Of a stretch of 64,000 nucleotides of DNA, positions 1 to 13,058 are shown piece by piece. A program made the translations under genes and the position numbers. How positions within the stretch are numbered: the stretch's first letter is position 1; each line of letters starts with the position of its first letter. Source of the DNA: Chrysomallon squamiferum. Lineage: Eukaryota > Animalia > Mollusca. The DNA is taken from assembly GCA_012295275.1 (NCBI GenBank), contig CM022672.1, positions 6,882,001 through 6,946,000 on the forward strand, given 5' to 3'. Under the pieces are notes generated by a model, which had not been told where the DNA came from, made no database searches, and worked only from the letters and a program-made list of their open reading frames with translations.

Positions 1-3000
1 TCGGATGTAGAAAAAACTTTTAAGTTGTTTTTACTGGAACATTAAGTGTTTGCTTCCACGCATGAAATTTTCACTTTAAAAATCATTCAAACTCTTTCTT
101 TTAGCTGTTATCATCGCAGTATTATCAAAAAGAGCTTGTACAAAGATAAAGTTTCTTTACATACAAATAACTTGAGATATCTAAAATAAAAAATTCCTCC
201 CCCCCCCCACAAAAAATATCCGATTATTAAAACACACTCTTCAGTCATGGACTTAGAATATTAACTAAGGAAATGAATGATATTATTATTTTCTAGAGTG
301 ATAGCAATCATATTAGCATTGCCAAATTACAGACATGTCTAAATTAATAAGTGTCATCTCAACGTATAATCACTATCATTATAGTACGTCTGCAAGCTTA
401 ATTAGCTAACTACATAGAATAATAAACTATTCCTGCAGATGTTTGTTTAAAATCAGTGTATTTAAAACGTAACATTCAGTACTGCCGCAATCCAGATCAA
501 TGTAAGTGAATTATAGGAAGTGAAATCATATTAAGAAGATAAGTATTATATCCATAAGACGATATCTGCAGTAATCAATACTACATAATTGTATTCCATG
601 AGGTTTGATTGGAATCCAGTGGTCGAAGGAAATCTGATTTATGGCTATGACTACAAAGCTGACCAAGCCGATTATAATCTGGAAGTCAAGGCAAATATAG
701 CAGGAAGTTATGAATACACGGCCGACACAAATTAGTCTTAGATATGCGTCCCAGAAATATATCCGACATTAATTTCTCTCAGCCGCATTTATGTAAACGT
801 GTGTTTGCGTTTATGTGTGTATGAGTAGTTTTTGCAGAGAGCTGTCAGAACGTGCCTGAGTTGGACAAAGCTCTCACAAGGTCTGTTCGAAACAGATGAA
901 AACAGCTGCTAAAATAAAGCTATCATCTTAACTGTACTGACCATTACGACAATGATGACGAAAATGAACAGCAAATTTAAACTGACTTCCTCAGTTACAA
1001 AACACATTTGTCTCCTGGATTGTCTTATGTCCAGATTCAGTGAACTTCTGTGTACAGTATACTTCTATTTAAACAAAAATAATATAAATTCAAAAAATAA
1101 TAATTTTCTTTTCTGTTGTTTTTCTCACATCTTACTACATTTATCTTTGTAGTTCAAACATTATATTTGATAAAATAATACATTCTGTTTCTTGTTATGA
1201 ATTGCTTAATCACTTTAACGAAAAAAAATTTTCATGTAATATCTACTCACAATATAATAATAATAAAAAAATAATATGAAAAGATTTTTTTTATAGTAAG
1301 CAATAAAATATCGCTAACATTTGTTTGATGTTTGTATAAACATTTATATGATTTCTGTTTTCTTTGTGTATATCTTTGTTTTATTTGTATGTGTGTATGT
1401 CTGTGTGTATGCGCGCGTGTAAATGTGTGTATATGTGTTACTGTATGCTATTAATATTGATACATATTTTATCATGTAAGATTTATGTTACACATACAAA
1501 CAAACCAATTACAAATTTTGCTATTTTTGTAGTGAATGCATGTAGTAATTTATGTTTTTTCTGGTTTAATTTAATCTAGATAAAAATTATTTTATTTATT
1601 CAATATAAATTTCTTTTTAAATGAATAATTAAAACTGAAGACTAATAAGAAGAAAATAAGGAAGTTTACGGTACTGAAAAAAAAAAAACCCAGATGAAAA
1701 CATTGTGGGTGCGGATCAAATACGTAATTTAAAATCGCTGTCCGGTCACTGGGTTGAGGATCAAGTTTAGACAGTCACAGCTATTAAAGTTTACATGGCA
1801 CACAGACGGCGAAGAGATCAGTGAGCAAGGAACTTGTACGTACACGTGTAGACTAACACAATTTAAGTTAACACTCGTGGCGTCCAAATGCCTTCATGGT
1901 TCAGCAGCAGAACGGAGAATGCTGGCGGGTAAACATGTGTGTGTGCCAAACACTGCTACATTAATCTTCTCTTGTTAACTAGGTTCTTGATAAATCGCAC
2001 ATTTCATGCGAAAAGATTAATTAAAATCAACGTGATGCTTTTGTTAAAAAAGAAACAGTTTGTATATTTATTTCAAACATTATGATGCTCTGGTGAAACA
2101 GTTTAAAAGAAATCCTGAATACATCGATCGCATTAGTTCACGTTGAAAAAATAGTGATTATAAAACAAAAAAGAAGTAAACTGTTTGCCTTTTAATACTA
2201 GAAATGTTTTTTTATTGTATTGAAATAAAATCAACAAAATTGTCTTCTTGCTAAATTTGTTTTCGGAATAGTTTTAACGATCTTGTATAAACATGATGTT
2301 GTTGTATATGTGTTTATCATAACTACTGAAAAATGTTCAGTGTTGATTTATTGAGATTTATGTCCGCGTCTTCTCATCTTTTAGTTCATTACTTATACAT
2401 TGTAAAACATCTTTGAACATGCTTAGTATGTAAAAGATGTTATATAAATATGGCATAACAGCAACAACAACAACAAAAACAACAACAGCAACAACAACAA
2501 CACTAATAATAATAATAACAACAACAATAATAATAATCATAATGATGATGCTGTTAAGTTTCTAAATATAGTGTATTTACTGATAGGCATACATTTATAA
2601 AACAGTGCCTCTTTGTTGGGAACCAAGCAGTTTATTAAATACAGTCTGTATACCGATAATAATGGAGTTTGTTAAATATTGCCCATTTACTGATATGCAC
2701 ATTGCTTTTGAAATATGACCTATTATCTGATAATCATGCAGATTATTTAATATTGCTTATATACTACCAAACATGCATTTGTGAAATATTGCTCCTTTAC
2801 TGATAAATATTCAATTATGAGATTTTTGTCTTTGGCATAATAATCACGAAAACAATGAAATATTGCTTTTGAATTTACAGTCACACATTTAACGAAATAT
2901 TCCCTCTGAATAATAAAAATGCAATTTATAAACTATTGCCTTTGAAAGTCATTAAATCACTGCACTAATGATAAATAAATGAATTTGGAATAAAATATTT

Positions 3001-4004
3001 GTCTACTTTTGCAAGAGATCCTTAAATTGAAAAATATTTTCCTCCTAATTTAGATATTTATTTTATTATTATTCTTACTATTTTTCTGGCACATTCTAAC
3101 TAAAAATCACATTAGTGAAAAAAAGTAAAGACAATCCTTTGTCTCTAGAGGCAGACAGAAATTAGCATTTTGCGTGGGTTTAAGCCAACAACGATTAGAA
3201 GAGCGTACAGCTTGTCATGAGTGATAGCTTGCTGTCGTGGATGTGACGTCACACTGACTGTTACCTATCGTGCAAGACGTGAGAATTTCGATTTGCCCCA
3301 GAGAATACAACACAATTAATGTACATGTACCCTGTGTGTCTGATCCCTGCTGCAAGCTAGACGAAAATGAATGTTTCTTTAACAACACTGTAAAACAGCT
3401 TTATACAAGAGGTGATTACTGAAGGATTTTGTAATAACCATATCTATATCTATAGCTGTCTATCAGTCTATCTATCTATCTATATATAAGGAAAACTGAT
3501 GCAGTCTGCATCAAGGTCTCTTGTATAAGTATTTTTTAATAGTCGTACAGAAATTAGATTCAGTTACTTAGGATACTTCGTAACTATTATTATACAGGTT
3601 GGATGTTTATAAATTTTGTAAACATATATATAGAAATCAGTTGAAAAAAACGAAAAAAAACAAAAAAAAAACAAAACAACTAAAAATAAAAATAAAACAA
3701 AAACAACAGCAAACAACAACAACAAAAAACCATTAAAAAAAATCAAAACAACAGCAAACAAAGAAAAACACGTTTCTGTTTAACAGAAATAAATTAATGA
3801 TTTCTGTATTGATTCATAACGTAGATACGTTTCACGTAATTCGATAATATTCACAGTGCAGTTTACAAACTGAAATACAGATCTTCAAATCAAATTAACA
3901 GTCACAATTATCGACATTAACACACAATATAAAAGAATAAAAAAATATATAAAATGAGATATTTACTTGCGCGTCTATAAATCAAGTTTAGCTCTTTTTA
4001 GCAC

Positions 4005-4348
4005 TGCTGAAGGTATCTGATATTGAACTACATCATAAATGATACTGAACTTGGGGAAGTATATACCTGATACTGAATTACTGAAAGTATATATCTGATA
4101 TTGAACTACATCATAAATGATACTGAACTTGGGGATACTGAATTACTGAAAGTATATATCTGATACTGAAATGCTGAAGATTTATGTCTGATATGAACTA
4201 CTGAAAGTCTGTATCTTATACTGAAGTACTGAAATTATATGTCTCATACTGAATTACTGAAAGTATATATCTCATACTGAACTACTGAAAGTATATATCT
4301 CATACTGAATTATTGAAGCAATATATCTGATACTGAATAGCCGAAGGA
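4005..4348. repeat. Minisatellite, ~28-bp unit (ATACTGAATTACTGAAAGTATATATCTS), ~10 degenerate copies
   Basis: Repeating atactgaa..actgaaagtatatatct units read directly. It includes a ~44-bp block present twice (about 4014-4057 and 4092-4135). Confidence 0.85.
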
Positions 4349-5689
4349 ATATATATATATGTTTAACGATATGAATATGTTTAATGACTGTTTAACTGTA
4401 ATATTAAGTTACATATCACAAACGGCTTATATTCTAAATACAGAATACAACTGTTGCTGGGTTTTCACTGTCTACTTTTTCACATCAGCAGTAAATGTTC
4501 TTTTATATGCTGCGTTATAAGACCCGACAGCAAATAAGCTTTACTTAGTCAAACAGCTCTGTTTAGAATAAAAAGCATGGAGAGTGCGCCAAGGAAATTT
4601 GATCTTGACAGTGTACGTCTGTCAGGTATTTCAACATGAACCATAAATCACACCCTTTCATGTCACGAAACTACAAAATATTTCTGTGATTTATGATTTC
4701 AGTTATGAGAAAGATTACCAAGTTATTACAACATGTCTGAAATTAACTGAATGTGACCTTTAAATGCTGTTGACCTCGATTTCACGGATTAATATGGAGA
4801 GCACCGGTCCGGAAAATGCAAAAGTCTGGCAAATCGCGAATGTAAATGTTAACGCTAAAATTTACCCTTACATTAAACATCTATATAATGCAGTAGTAAT
4901 ATAATAATATAAGAGCAATATACAGAAACAAAAGCAATGTAAACAACTGTTTGTTAAGGAAAATGTACAGGAGAAAAATGAAGGCTAGATAGAGTGAAGT
5001 TTGTTAGATTAGGATGGTTATGGGTGCAACTATAAAATTGACTCTTACCTTGATGGAATGTGGGTTAAGACAGGGTTGCTCTGGTCGCATGGTGGGACTC
5101 AGTATAACTTTATCGTACCTGGAGGCAAGGTTCCAGGTGGGGAAAAGTTAAATTACAATAATCACTGTTATCTTCTAACGCCAAAGGTATGCGTACGTGC
5201 GTACACGCATTTACATGAATGACTAAACGCATGTTTGTAATTAACAAGCTATGTATTCCTGATGCTTGTTTATAAATCAAAATGCAAAAGAGAAAACAAA
5301 AGAGAATAGGTAATGATTATTACCTGTCTGACTTAATGCGGTGACTGTGATGGATCACAAATACAGATTATGTTATGCGAGCACATGGCTAAATAATATA
5401 AACTTTATTATTACCTCATTAGTACATAACGCCAGCAGTAATTGAAAACATGAAACAGTCATCAAGTTGCTTGGAAAATGTCCATTAACAGACACGTTAT
5501 TAATAATCATATATCAGCCAGCCTCATCTATGTTTGAAATTTGTTCTGATAACGTCATGCGTTGGATGTACAAAAATCATTTACAAATAAATCAGGTTTT
5601 TTTTTTTTTTTTTCATAATTATCATTATCTGCATCATTTAAAATAGTTATTATCTGTATCATTAAAAACAATCGTCACCGTGATTTTTT

Positions 5690-5892
5690 GCTGTAATCAT
5701 TATTATAATTATTACCATCATTTTTATAATCATAATCATTATTATTATAATTACAGCTATCATTATTATAATTGTAGCTATCATTATTATAATTATAACC
5801 ATCATTATTATAACTATCATTATTATAATTATAATTATCATTATTATAATTATAATTATCATTATTATAATTATAATCATCATTATTATAGT
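5690..5892. repeat. ATT/ATC-derived low-complexity tandem repeat (~18-bp unit CATTATTATAATTATAAT)
   Basis: Seen directly. It explains the poly-Ile and His/Tyr/Asn ORFs in the track. Confidence 0.9.
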
Positions 5893-6481
5893 TAATCCTG
5901 TAAAAGCAATGGCGTATTTTGAATGAAATATGTTTGACATATGTCAGACAACACCTATAGACTTACACGTGGCAATTCACATTTTGAACTTACAATACGT
6001 TCAACATGTGTAATTTTACTGTTATATACTCAGTTTGGATAATAATGGAATTTTCTTTGACATGTGAAAAACAACAAAACAATAATCAATGAAAACAATC
6101 AAATATATGAATAAAACCCATTCACAAGCAAATAAGAATACCCTTTATACACCCCCTTTTTTTTTTTTTGTCATATGGTGTCTGTTGTTTTTTACTCTGC
6201 CTTTTTTTTCTTTTCTTTTTTGTAATTTTTTATTCAAGATATTTTATTATAATTTAATATAACCATTCCTCATGCTAAAAAAAGCCTCCATAAAAATTGC
6301 ACATAAGAACGGAAGACCCGTCGGCCAAAAGTCCATACAAACGTTTTATGACATAAGAAAAAAACAAGAAGAAAGAAAAACAAAACATAGATCCATACAA
6401 AATAAATAAATATAACTTACTAATAAAAAGAATATAAATTGTTTCTTTTTGTTCAGCATTCGCATTCACTGTTATGGTAGC

Positions 6482-6524
<43 letters not shown>

Positions 6525-6908
6525 AGAGACAGACAGACATGTATATAATCCTACAATCTGTACATAATGTAAAATATGATGACTTGATAAAAAATTTATC
6601 TTCGGGTATTGACCAAAATTACAGCTGTCTGGGACGGAACTGTATTTACCTTGTATTTCAATTGCTATTATTTGTTTTGATGTATAGCGACAATGACATC
6701 AATATGCGAGAACTGCTACTAAAAAAATCATTAAATTTATTTGATTATTTTACAGTTTAGGATTGCAGGATAAAAGAACTAACTAATTACTCTCTTGAGA
6801 TCTTAGCTTTATCATGCTGGATGCAGCTCTGCATAGACTCGCTCCATTTCAGCATCCTTATCTTCGCAGGATAAAACTGATATCTTAAGACAGTTTTAGT
6901 TATTCGCT

Positions 6909-6957
<49 letters not shown>

Positions 6958-8522
6958 CATATATACATTCATATACGTATCTATACACATATACATTATA
7001 TATATATATCTTGTACATACATATAGAGAAATATACAAAAATATTACATTTAACATATAAAGAATCTTTTTTCCCCAATCTACATTATACTGAAAATGTC
7101 TTACATCATAATTATGACATTACAAATCATACGAAACATAAACACAAAAAAAAAAGTTTACATTATTACTATCAAGAGGTAGGAAAGATAAAATAACACA
7201 TGATAATGAACGTTCATTTCATAATAGCACTGTACGGTAAAAAAAGTCGCTACGCATTGTAAAGTGTTTAGACATTGTCAATACACAACGTGGTGTTTAT
7301 AAATACATACAATTAAAAAAGTGTCAGCAGTTGTTACCTCAGATATATATTTTTAAATATGCAGGTTATATGCGATAGGTAAGCACATAAGTGACCAATG
7401 ATTTAGTCATCATTGTGTTCTCTATGGAACAAGGATTATCTGTCTGGGCGCACTAAGAAGAGTCGATCGTATGACATCACTAACAATACAAATAAGCGTG
7501 AAACGTGAATGAATGAAGTATAACATCGATCTTATTTGTTTATTTATTTTTGCTGTTGTTGTTATTATTATCGTTGTTGTTGTCATTATTATTATTATTA
7601 CTGTTATTGTTGTTATTATTAGTTATTATTGTTATTATTGTTATTGTTATTATTATTATTAGTAGTAGTAGTAGTAGTATTACTGTTGTTGATGTTGTTG
7701 TTGCTGTTGTTGTTATTATTATAATTGCATTTGCTGGTGATCAGTTGATTTCTGAATTTTCAAAACAATGAAGAAAAAACTACAAATAATAATCATTACT
7801 TTTATTTTTGAAAATAAAAAAACGAAGACAGAAATACTGATTAATATGTTTAGAATTATGTAATTTCAGCAAGATAATAATTCCTTCATAGCCTGTTGAA
7901 CATGAACACTTAACATCATATTGTACTTGAGAAATAAAAACAGGATTAGGAAATGTACTTACTGAACTTAGACAAAGGACAAACATACAAGATAAATATT
8001 GACATAATATTATTTGATTGTTTAGCACATGAACATGTGACTACTTCTCTTAAGATTGGTAAATAAAATAAAAGTAGGTGAATCGAATATTATTGAACGC
8101 AGCATGTAGCATACTTGATAGACCAGAAAATTCATAGTAATCTCCAGATTAATCATGTACAACAGAATGTACCAGACTGTGTTATACATAATCTTTACCT
8201 TTAATATTTCTAAAATTCATACTTCGATCATTTTGAAAACGAAAGAAAGAAAACAAAAGTGTTAAAAATTATTATAAGTTGGAAGAAACGTGTTTAAACA
8301 ATTGAAAGACTCACATTAACTTATTTTTCCAATATTTTGTTTACGAAATAAGAGCAGTGAAATAAATGTATACAAATGAAACAAAAAAAAGATGTCATAA
8401 TCTGTATTAGATTTATTCGATGTCATATTACTTCCTTTTATGCATAAATATTCTGAAAGGAAAACATTTTATTACAAGTGTTGACAAACCGACAGTTTGA
8501 ATTGGCGTGCAGAACTCAGATT

Positions 8523-10154
8523 TTATATTTTCAGCGCCACACACCTGTCTCCGCAGTTGACAGAAAAACTTGACGTAGACATACTATTATGACAACACTT
8601 CTTTTTAGGTTTTCTGAATCTGTATCTCGGACAACATATGAAAATCATTTTGCCAAATGCTCTCCTGAAATCTCTCATCGAGAGCGCATATATGATAGGG
8701 TTCATTCCTGAATTTATATATCCTAGCCATGTGAATACGGGATATATTATGTCAGGATAGAATACGCATTTTAAATGGCATATACCCAGTAACACATTTG
8801 TAACAAAGAAAGGAAGCCAACACATTATAAACACACCAACAACAATACCCAGAGTTTTCGCCGCCTTCTGTTCTCTGGCCAGTTTGGTCAGTTTCTTGCT
8901 GATTGCAAAATGGCGAAGTCGTTTTGTTATTAATTTTGGTTGGTGGTGATCCTGGCGACCAAGATGATGGTGCTGGTGATCATCCACGTCCAGATAGTGA
9001 TTGGTAGAATGACGCACGGTGTGAGAAGGACTGTCACCGTCACTGTCACTAGTGGAACGTTCCACAGATATGGCTGGAGTTGACGACGTCTCGTCATGGA
9101 GGCGACGGATTCCTCCCCGATGTATACGAAGTGTCATAACCTCTCCCTCCCCATGAAGACCATTTGTTGTGATTTTAGTGCCAGATTTGAGCCCTTTAGT
9201 CTGAGCTACTGCAGCCACATATATTCTATAATACACGAAAAGCATTATGAACATTGGAGTGTAGAAGGAAACAATGGATGAGAAAATGAGGTATCCGCTG
9301 TCCTCTGTGAACAAACAGAGATGCTCTGTGAGATCTGGAGGCGTCACTGCCTTCCACCACGCAATGGCCGGGAATGAAATACCTGCAGAACACAGCCACA
9401 CGAACGTAATTAACAAGCACACTTTTGATGTATTCATCTTGCCTGGGTAGGCAATGGGGTCAGTTATTGCCCAGTACCTATCCAGTGAGATCACACACAA
9501 ATTTAGAATTGACGCAGTACTAGCCAGTACGTCTAGAGAGTGCCACAGATCACACCATTCTTGGCCATAAAGCCATTTTTGATTTGTCATTTCGTGGGAA
9601 ATGCTGAAAGGCATCACAATTCCTCCTACCATCATATCTGCCACTGCCAGAGAGACAATGAAGTAGTTGGTTACGGTTCGTAAATATATTTCCTTTGAAA
9701 CCGCTATGATCACCATCATATTGCCGACAATCGTGATGAAGGAGAAACACGAAAGACATATTCCTACAATGGGATGCTTTAATTCTAATTCTGTTCCGTT
9801 CTCTGTGGTAGAATTGAAGAAGGAGATGGTAGAATAACCAGTCAGTTCGAACTCGGAAGCTCCGGTTGAATTTTCACTGTAAGAACGCATGTACTGCTTA
9901 TAGGTAGATGTTTTGGAAACGTTGAATGCGTTTTTCCGTGTGATGGTACGCGGACTGCGATAGCTAATGCTAGGAAACTGCTGAATCCGCATGCGAAAAA
10001 AATAACTGAAGGTAACCCAGCTAAACAGATGATGTAGATAATTAAAATAATTTTCCTCTGTTGTCCATTTCGTGAATTTATAAACGAATCCAGCGATATT
10101 TTCTAGAAAACAGATGTCGAATATAATATTTGGAAAAGTGTAAACGATAGTCAT
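8523..10154 (-). CDS. Dop1R2: Class A aminergic GPCR, invertebrate-type dopamine receptor (Dop1R2/DAMB/INDR-like), ~543 aa from the first in-frame ATG, coding region uninterrupted
   Basis: Seven TM segments with GN (TM1), SLAVAD (TM2), WCDLWHSLDVLASTASILNLCVISLDRYWAITDP (TM3 with Asp3.32 and DRY), catechol-binding serines in TM5 (FSSIVSFY), the TLRIHRGG motif typical of Dop1R2-type receptors, KAAKTLGIVVGVFIMCWLPFF (TM6) and NSGMNPIIY (TM7). The N-terminus has N-glycosylation sequons. The track's start at 10205 is TTG; in-frame ATGs lie at 10154, 9992 and 9890, so the true start is uncertain. Orthology is from motif recall, not a tree. Confidence 0.92.
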   Translation of the reverse strand: MTIVYTFPNIIFDICFLENIAGFVYKFTKWTTEENYFNYLHHLFSWVTFSYFFRMRIQQFPSISYRSPRTITRKNAFNVSKTSTYKQYMRSYSENSTGASEFELTGYSTISFFNSTTENGTELELKHPIVGICLSCFSFITIVGNMMVIIAVSKEIYLRTVTNYFIVSLAVADMMVGGIVMPFSISHEMTNQKWLYGQEWCDLWHSLDVLASTASILNLCVISLDRYWAITDPIAYPGKMNTSKVCLLITFVWLCSAGISFPAIAWWKAVTPPDLTEHLCLFTEDSGYLIFSSIVSFYTPMFIMLFVYYRIYVAAVAQTKGLKSGTKITTNGLHGEGEVMTLRIHRGGIRRLHDETSSTPAISVERSTSDSDGDSPSHTVRHSTNHYLDVDDHQHHHLGRQDHHQPKLITKRLRHFAISKKLTKLAREQKAAKTLGIVVGVFIMCWLPFFVTNVLLGICHLKCVFYPDIIYPVFTWLGYINSGMNPIIYALSMRDFRRAFGKMIFICCPRYRFRKPKKKCCHNSMSTSSFSVNCGDRCVALKI

Positions 10155-10739
10155 ATCAGAATCACTTACCACATCTATACACTGACGTTCACACAAACTC
10201 CACAAATCCTAACTGACAAAAAAATGTTGTTCTATTTAAAATAATATTACTGAAATAATCCAAGCACATTAATCATATAAATTATATAAGATTCATTATT
10301 AAAAATACGACAACAAGCTGTTTTGTTGTATTTACACAGCACTGAAGATATCAAACTGCTGACATTGTTACAACACAGCTTTTGTTACTTTCTCTCCTAC
10401 CCGGAACACAAAATTATTTGTAAACAGAAATCATCTACCGAATGTAAACTATATTCCATGTCCTTTCTTCACTCAGACGTTTTCATTCCTCAAAACTGAA
10501 AGTATTTGATCAACGGAAATATTTTTTTCTCTCACAAATCCAGCTTGTTTTTCTCACAACACATTTATGTGTAAAGCAACAGACCGACAAATAACGAGTT
10601 AAGTTATCCAGCAATTATTGTGATCGACAAATAACTTGTATGAGTCGCCACTTCATAATATCCACTTGAACATGTACAGACTGCCGGCTTTTTTTTACTG
10701 AATAGAAAAAAAAACACAAACAAATTGATTCTTCCTCAC

Positions 10740-11020
10740 AGACGACTGCGGTTCTACCACGTGACGTAAATACTTCTCATGATATAAGAGAGGTAAATGT
10801 GACCTGAATGGACGGTCAGTGTAAGAAATTTTCGATGATGCTATTGAATGTTTTCTTTAATGAATCTTCTTTGTGGCAGCCAATGGTAACACGCTAGACG
10901 GGAGCCCCGCCTCGCTCGCTGCCGATCAAGTACACTGCGCCGACCTAAGTAGCGCTTTGCCGAGTTACCAAACACCAACACACAAGATTAGGAAAACTGG
11001 CTCACCACGATGATTGGATA
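10740..11020 (-). promoter_or_regulatory. Candidate proximal promoter of the dopamine receptor gene
   Basis: Local GC-richer island 0.6-0.9 kb upstream of the ATG. It has an E-box overlapping a CRE-like site (CACGTGACGTAA, 10758-10769), CCAAT boxes (~10880 and ATTGG 11013-11017) and a GC box (CCCCGCCTC, 10905-10913). Confidence 0.5.
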
Positions 11021-11828
11021 TTTTAATTAATTGTATCTATGACAATGAAGGTTAAAATGGTGTGAGTAAAATGTTCAGCTGCAAAGAAAATAAGTAAATA
11101 CAATATTGTGCTAGAAACTGTTTCATAGTTTTAGAAATGTAATTTACCATCATGTATGTTTATACATTTAATATCTATATCTGTATCTATATCTATATCT
11201 ATATCTCTATCTATATCTATCTATCTTCTATTTATCTATACACACACTAGATATATTACTGTTGTTGATGTTGTTGTTGCTGTTGTTGTTATTATTATAA
11301 TACACATTCACGCATACTTCCATCCAGCCATATATACATACGCATATACACACATTAAAATACATTCATATATTCCCGCATAAATACTACACAATTCATA
11401 CATACATACAAATGCATATAATATATACTATATACATATCTATAACTATATCTATCTATCTATCTACCTATCTATTTATATATATCCATACAAACATGCA
11501 CTCATAATACACACATACATACATACATATAACAACAATAATAATAATAATTCTGTTTTCAGGTAACAGTTTATAATTTCTAAATAAACGTAAACCATGA
11601 TATAATAAGTGACACGTCAGTGTATTGTGACGTCATAAACGTTATCACGCTACAGTACAGTTAAGAAAGGTAAGTTAACAAAAATAATGCGTAACAAAAG
11701 CATCATCATCATAAACAACAGCAACCACAGTAATAATAATATAAATAGTAGTAGCTGTAATAGTAGTAATATATTAACATGTAAGAATGAGAGTAATTGC
11801 TTAGTGTCTAGAGAGCTGTAATTTACAC

Positions 11829-11902
11829 ATGACCGAACTGACAAAAATAATTTTATGATATATATAATAATATCATAAAATTATTTTTGTCAGTTAGGTC
11901 AT
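11829..11902. repeat. Near-perfect inverted repeat: 33-bp arms, 1 mismatch, 8-nt loop
   Basis: Left arm atgaccgaactgacaaaaataattttatgatat (11829-11861); right arm atatcataaaattatttttgtcagttaggtcat (11870-11902). Confidence 0.92.
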
Positions 11903-12121
11903 ATATTAATATATATATATGGTTGTTTAACATCTAAACTAAGCAATTAAACAATCAAGAAGTAATTTCGTACAATAATAAAGGTAATATACATGTAAAA
12001 AAACAAGTAATTTATCGAAGTAAAACTATTTCGGTCGTAAAAGCTATATTTTTTTTCCCGTGACAGAAAGTACAGAAATTTACCTGGAGAAAATGTACTG
12101 CCACTATTTATAATGATTGAA

Positions 12122-12160
<39 letters not shown>

Positions 12161-12794
12161 CACAGTGGTTTGGAAAAAATAAAAAGTTAAGAAAGAATTA
12201 TAGTAGACAAATAGATTTTTCTGAACAGCTTTTGTTACTTCAGTTTAATAAACAAACGTGTAATGTCTAGACAGACAACGTACCGTTGCAAACTGTTTCA
12301 TAGCAGATCAGTTACAGCATACTTGGAAAGGTACTTCAGATTTTTCTAAAATTTCTTTCTGTGATAATCATTGAAACATTTCTCGAGTCTGTTAGCTGTA
12401 TTCATCCGTCAACGCATGTACTCACAGCTAACTAATGATTATGTATTAATAATACACGTTATTTAGACCGGAACTGGCGGAGCAGGGTCGCTACAAAACG
12501 AGAATAAACACAGTTTATAACACGACGTTTCTTTCTGGCTGTTTTCTATGAAAACATAAATGCCTTGTATGTTAAAAATGTATTTAACAACTTGATACGA
12601 ATTATAGTTTAGAAGATTTTCCAACCGTCGACGTAATCGTTTCGAAGCATCTGCAGAAAAGGTTTACACTGAAGATGCAGAATGCATCATTTATTTTCAC
12701 GCTTTATTATTTTTGTTTCAGGTATTCTGTTATTTTATGGAGACCCACATTCAGGCGTAAAGAGAAAAACAGAGAGGCAAAATGACAAGTAGAT

Positions 12795-13058
<264 letters not shown>

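Noticed and set aside
598-735. 45-codon protein-like ORF MRFDWNPVVEGNLIYGYDYKADQADYNLEVKANIAGSYEYTADTN
   Set aside because: Short, no recognisable family and no supporting splice signals; compatible with chance.
7323-7345. Partial similarity to mature miR-1992 (TCAGCAGTTGT...)
   Set aside because: The match breaks after ~11 nt and there is no flanking hairpin.
9096-9759. Overlapping or antisense ORFs within the GPCR (likewise 49789-50013, 50794-51216 and 62611-63281)
   Set aside because: Shadow frames of real or relic coding sequence with no independent motifs.
10155-10205. Track start of the GPCR at 10205
   Set aside because: It is a TTG codon from a bacterial-style ORF caller; the first ATG is at 10154.
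12615-12670. Minus-strand hammerhead-ribozyme-like pattern (CTGCAGA-TGCTT-CGAAAC-GATTAC-GTC)
   Set aside because: The core is CTGCAGA rather than the invariant CTGANGA, and stem I pairing is poor. At best a dead relic; Infernal with the hammerhead models would settle it.
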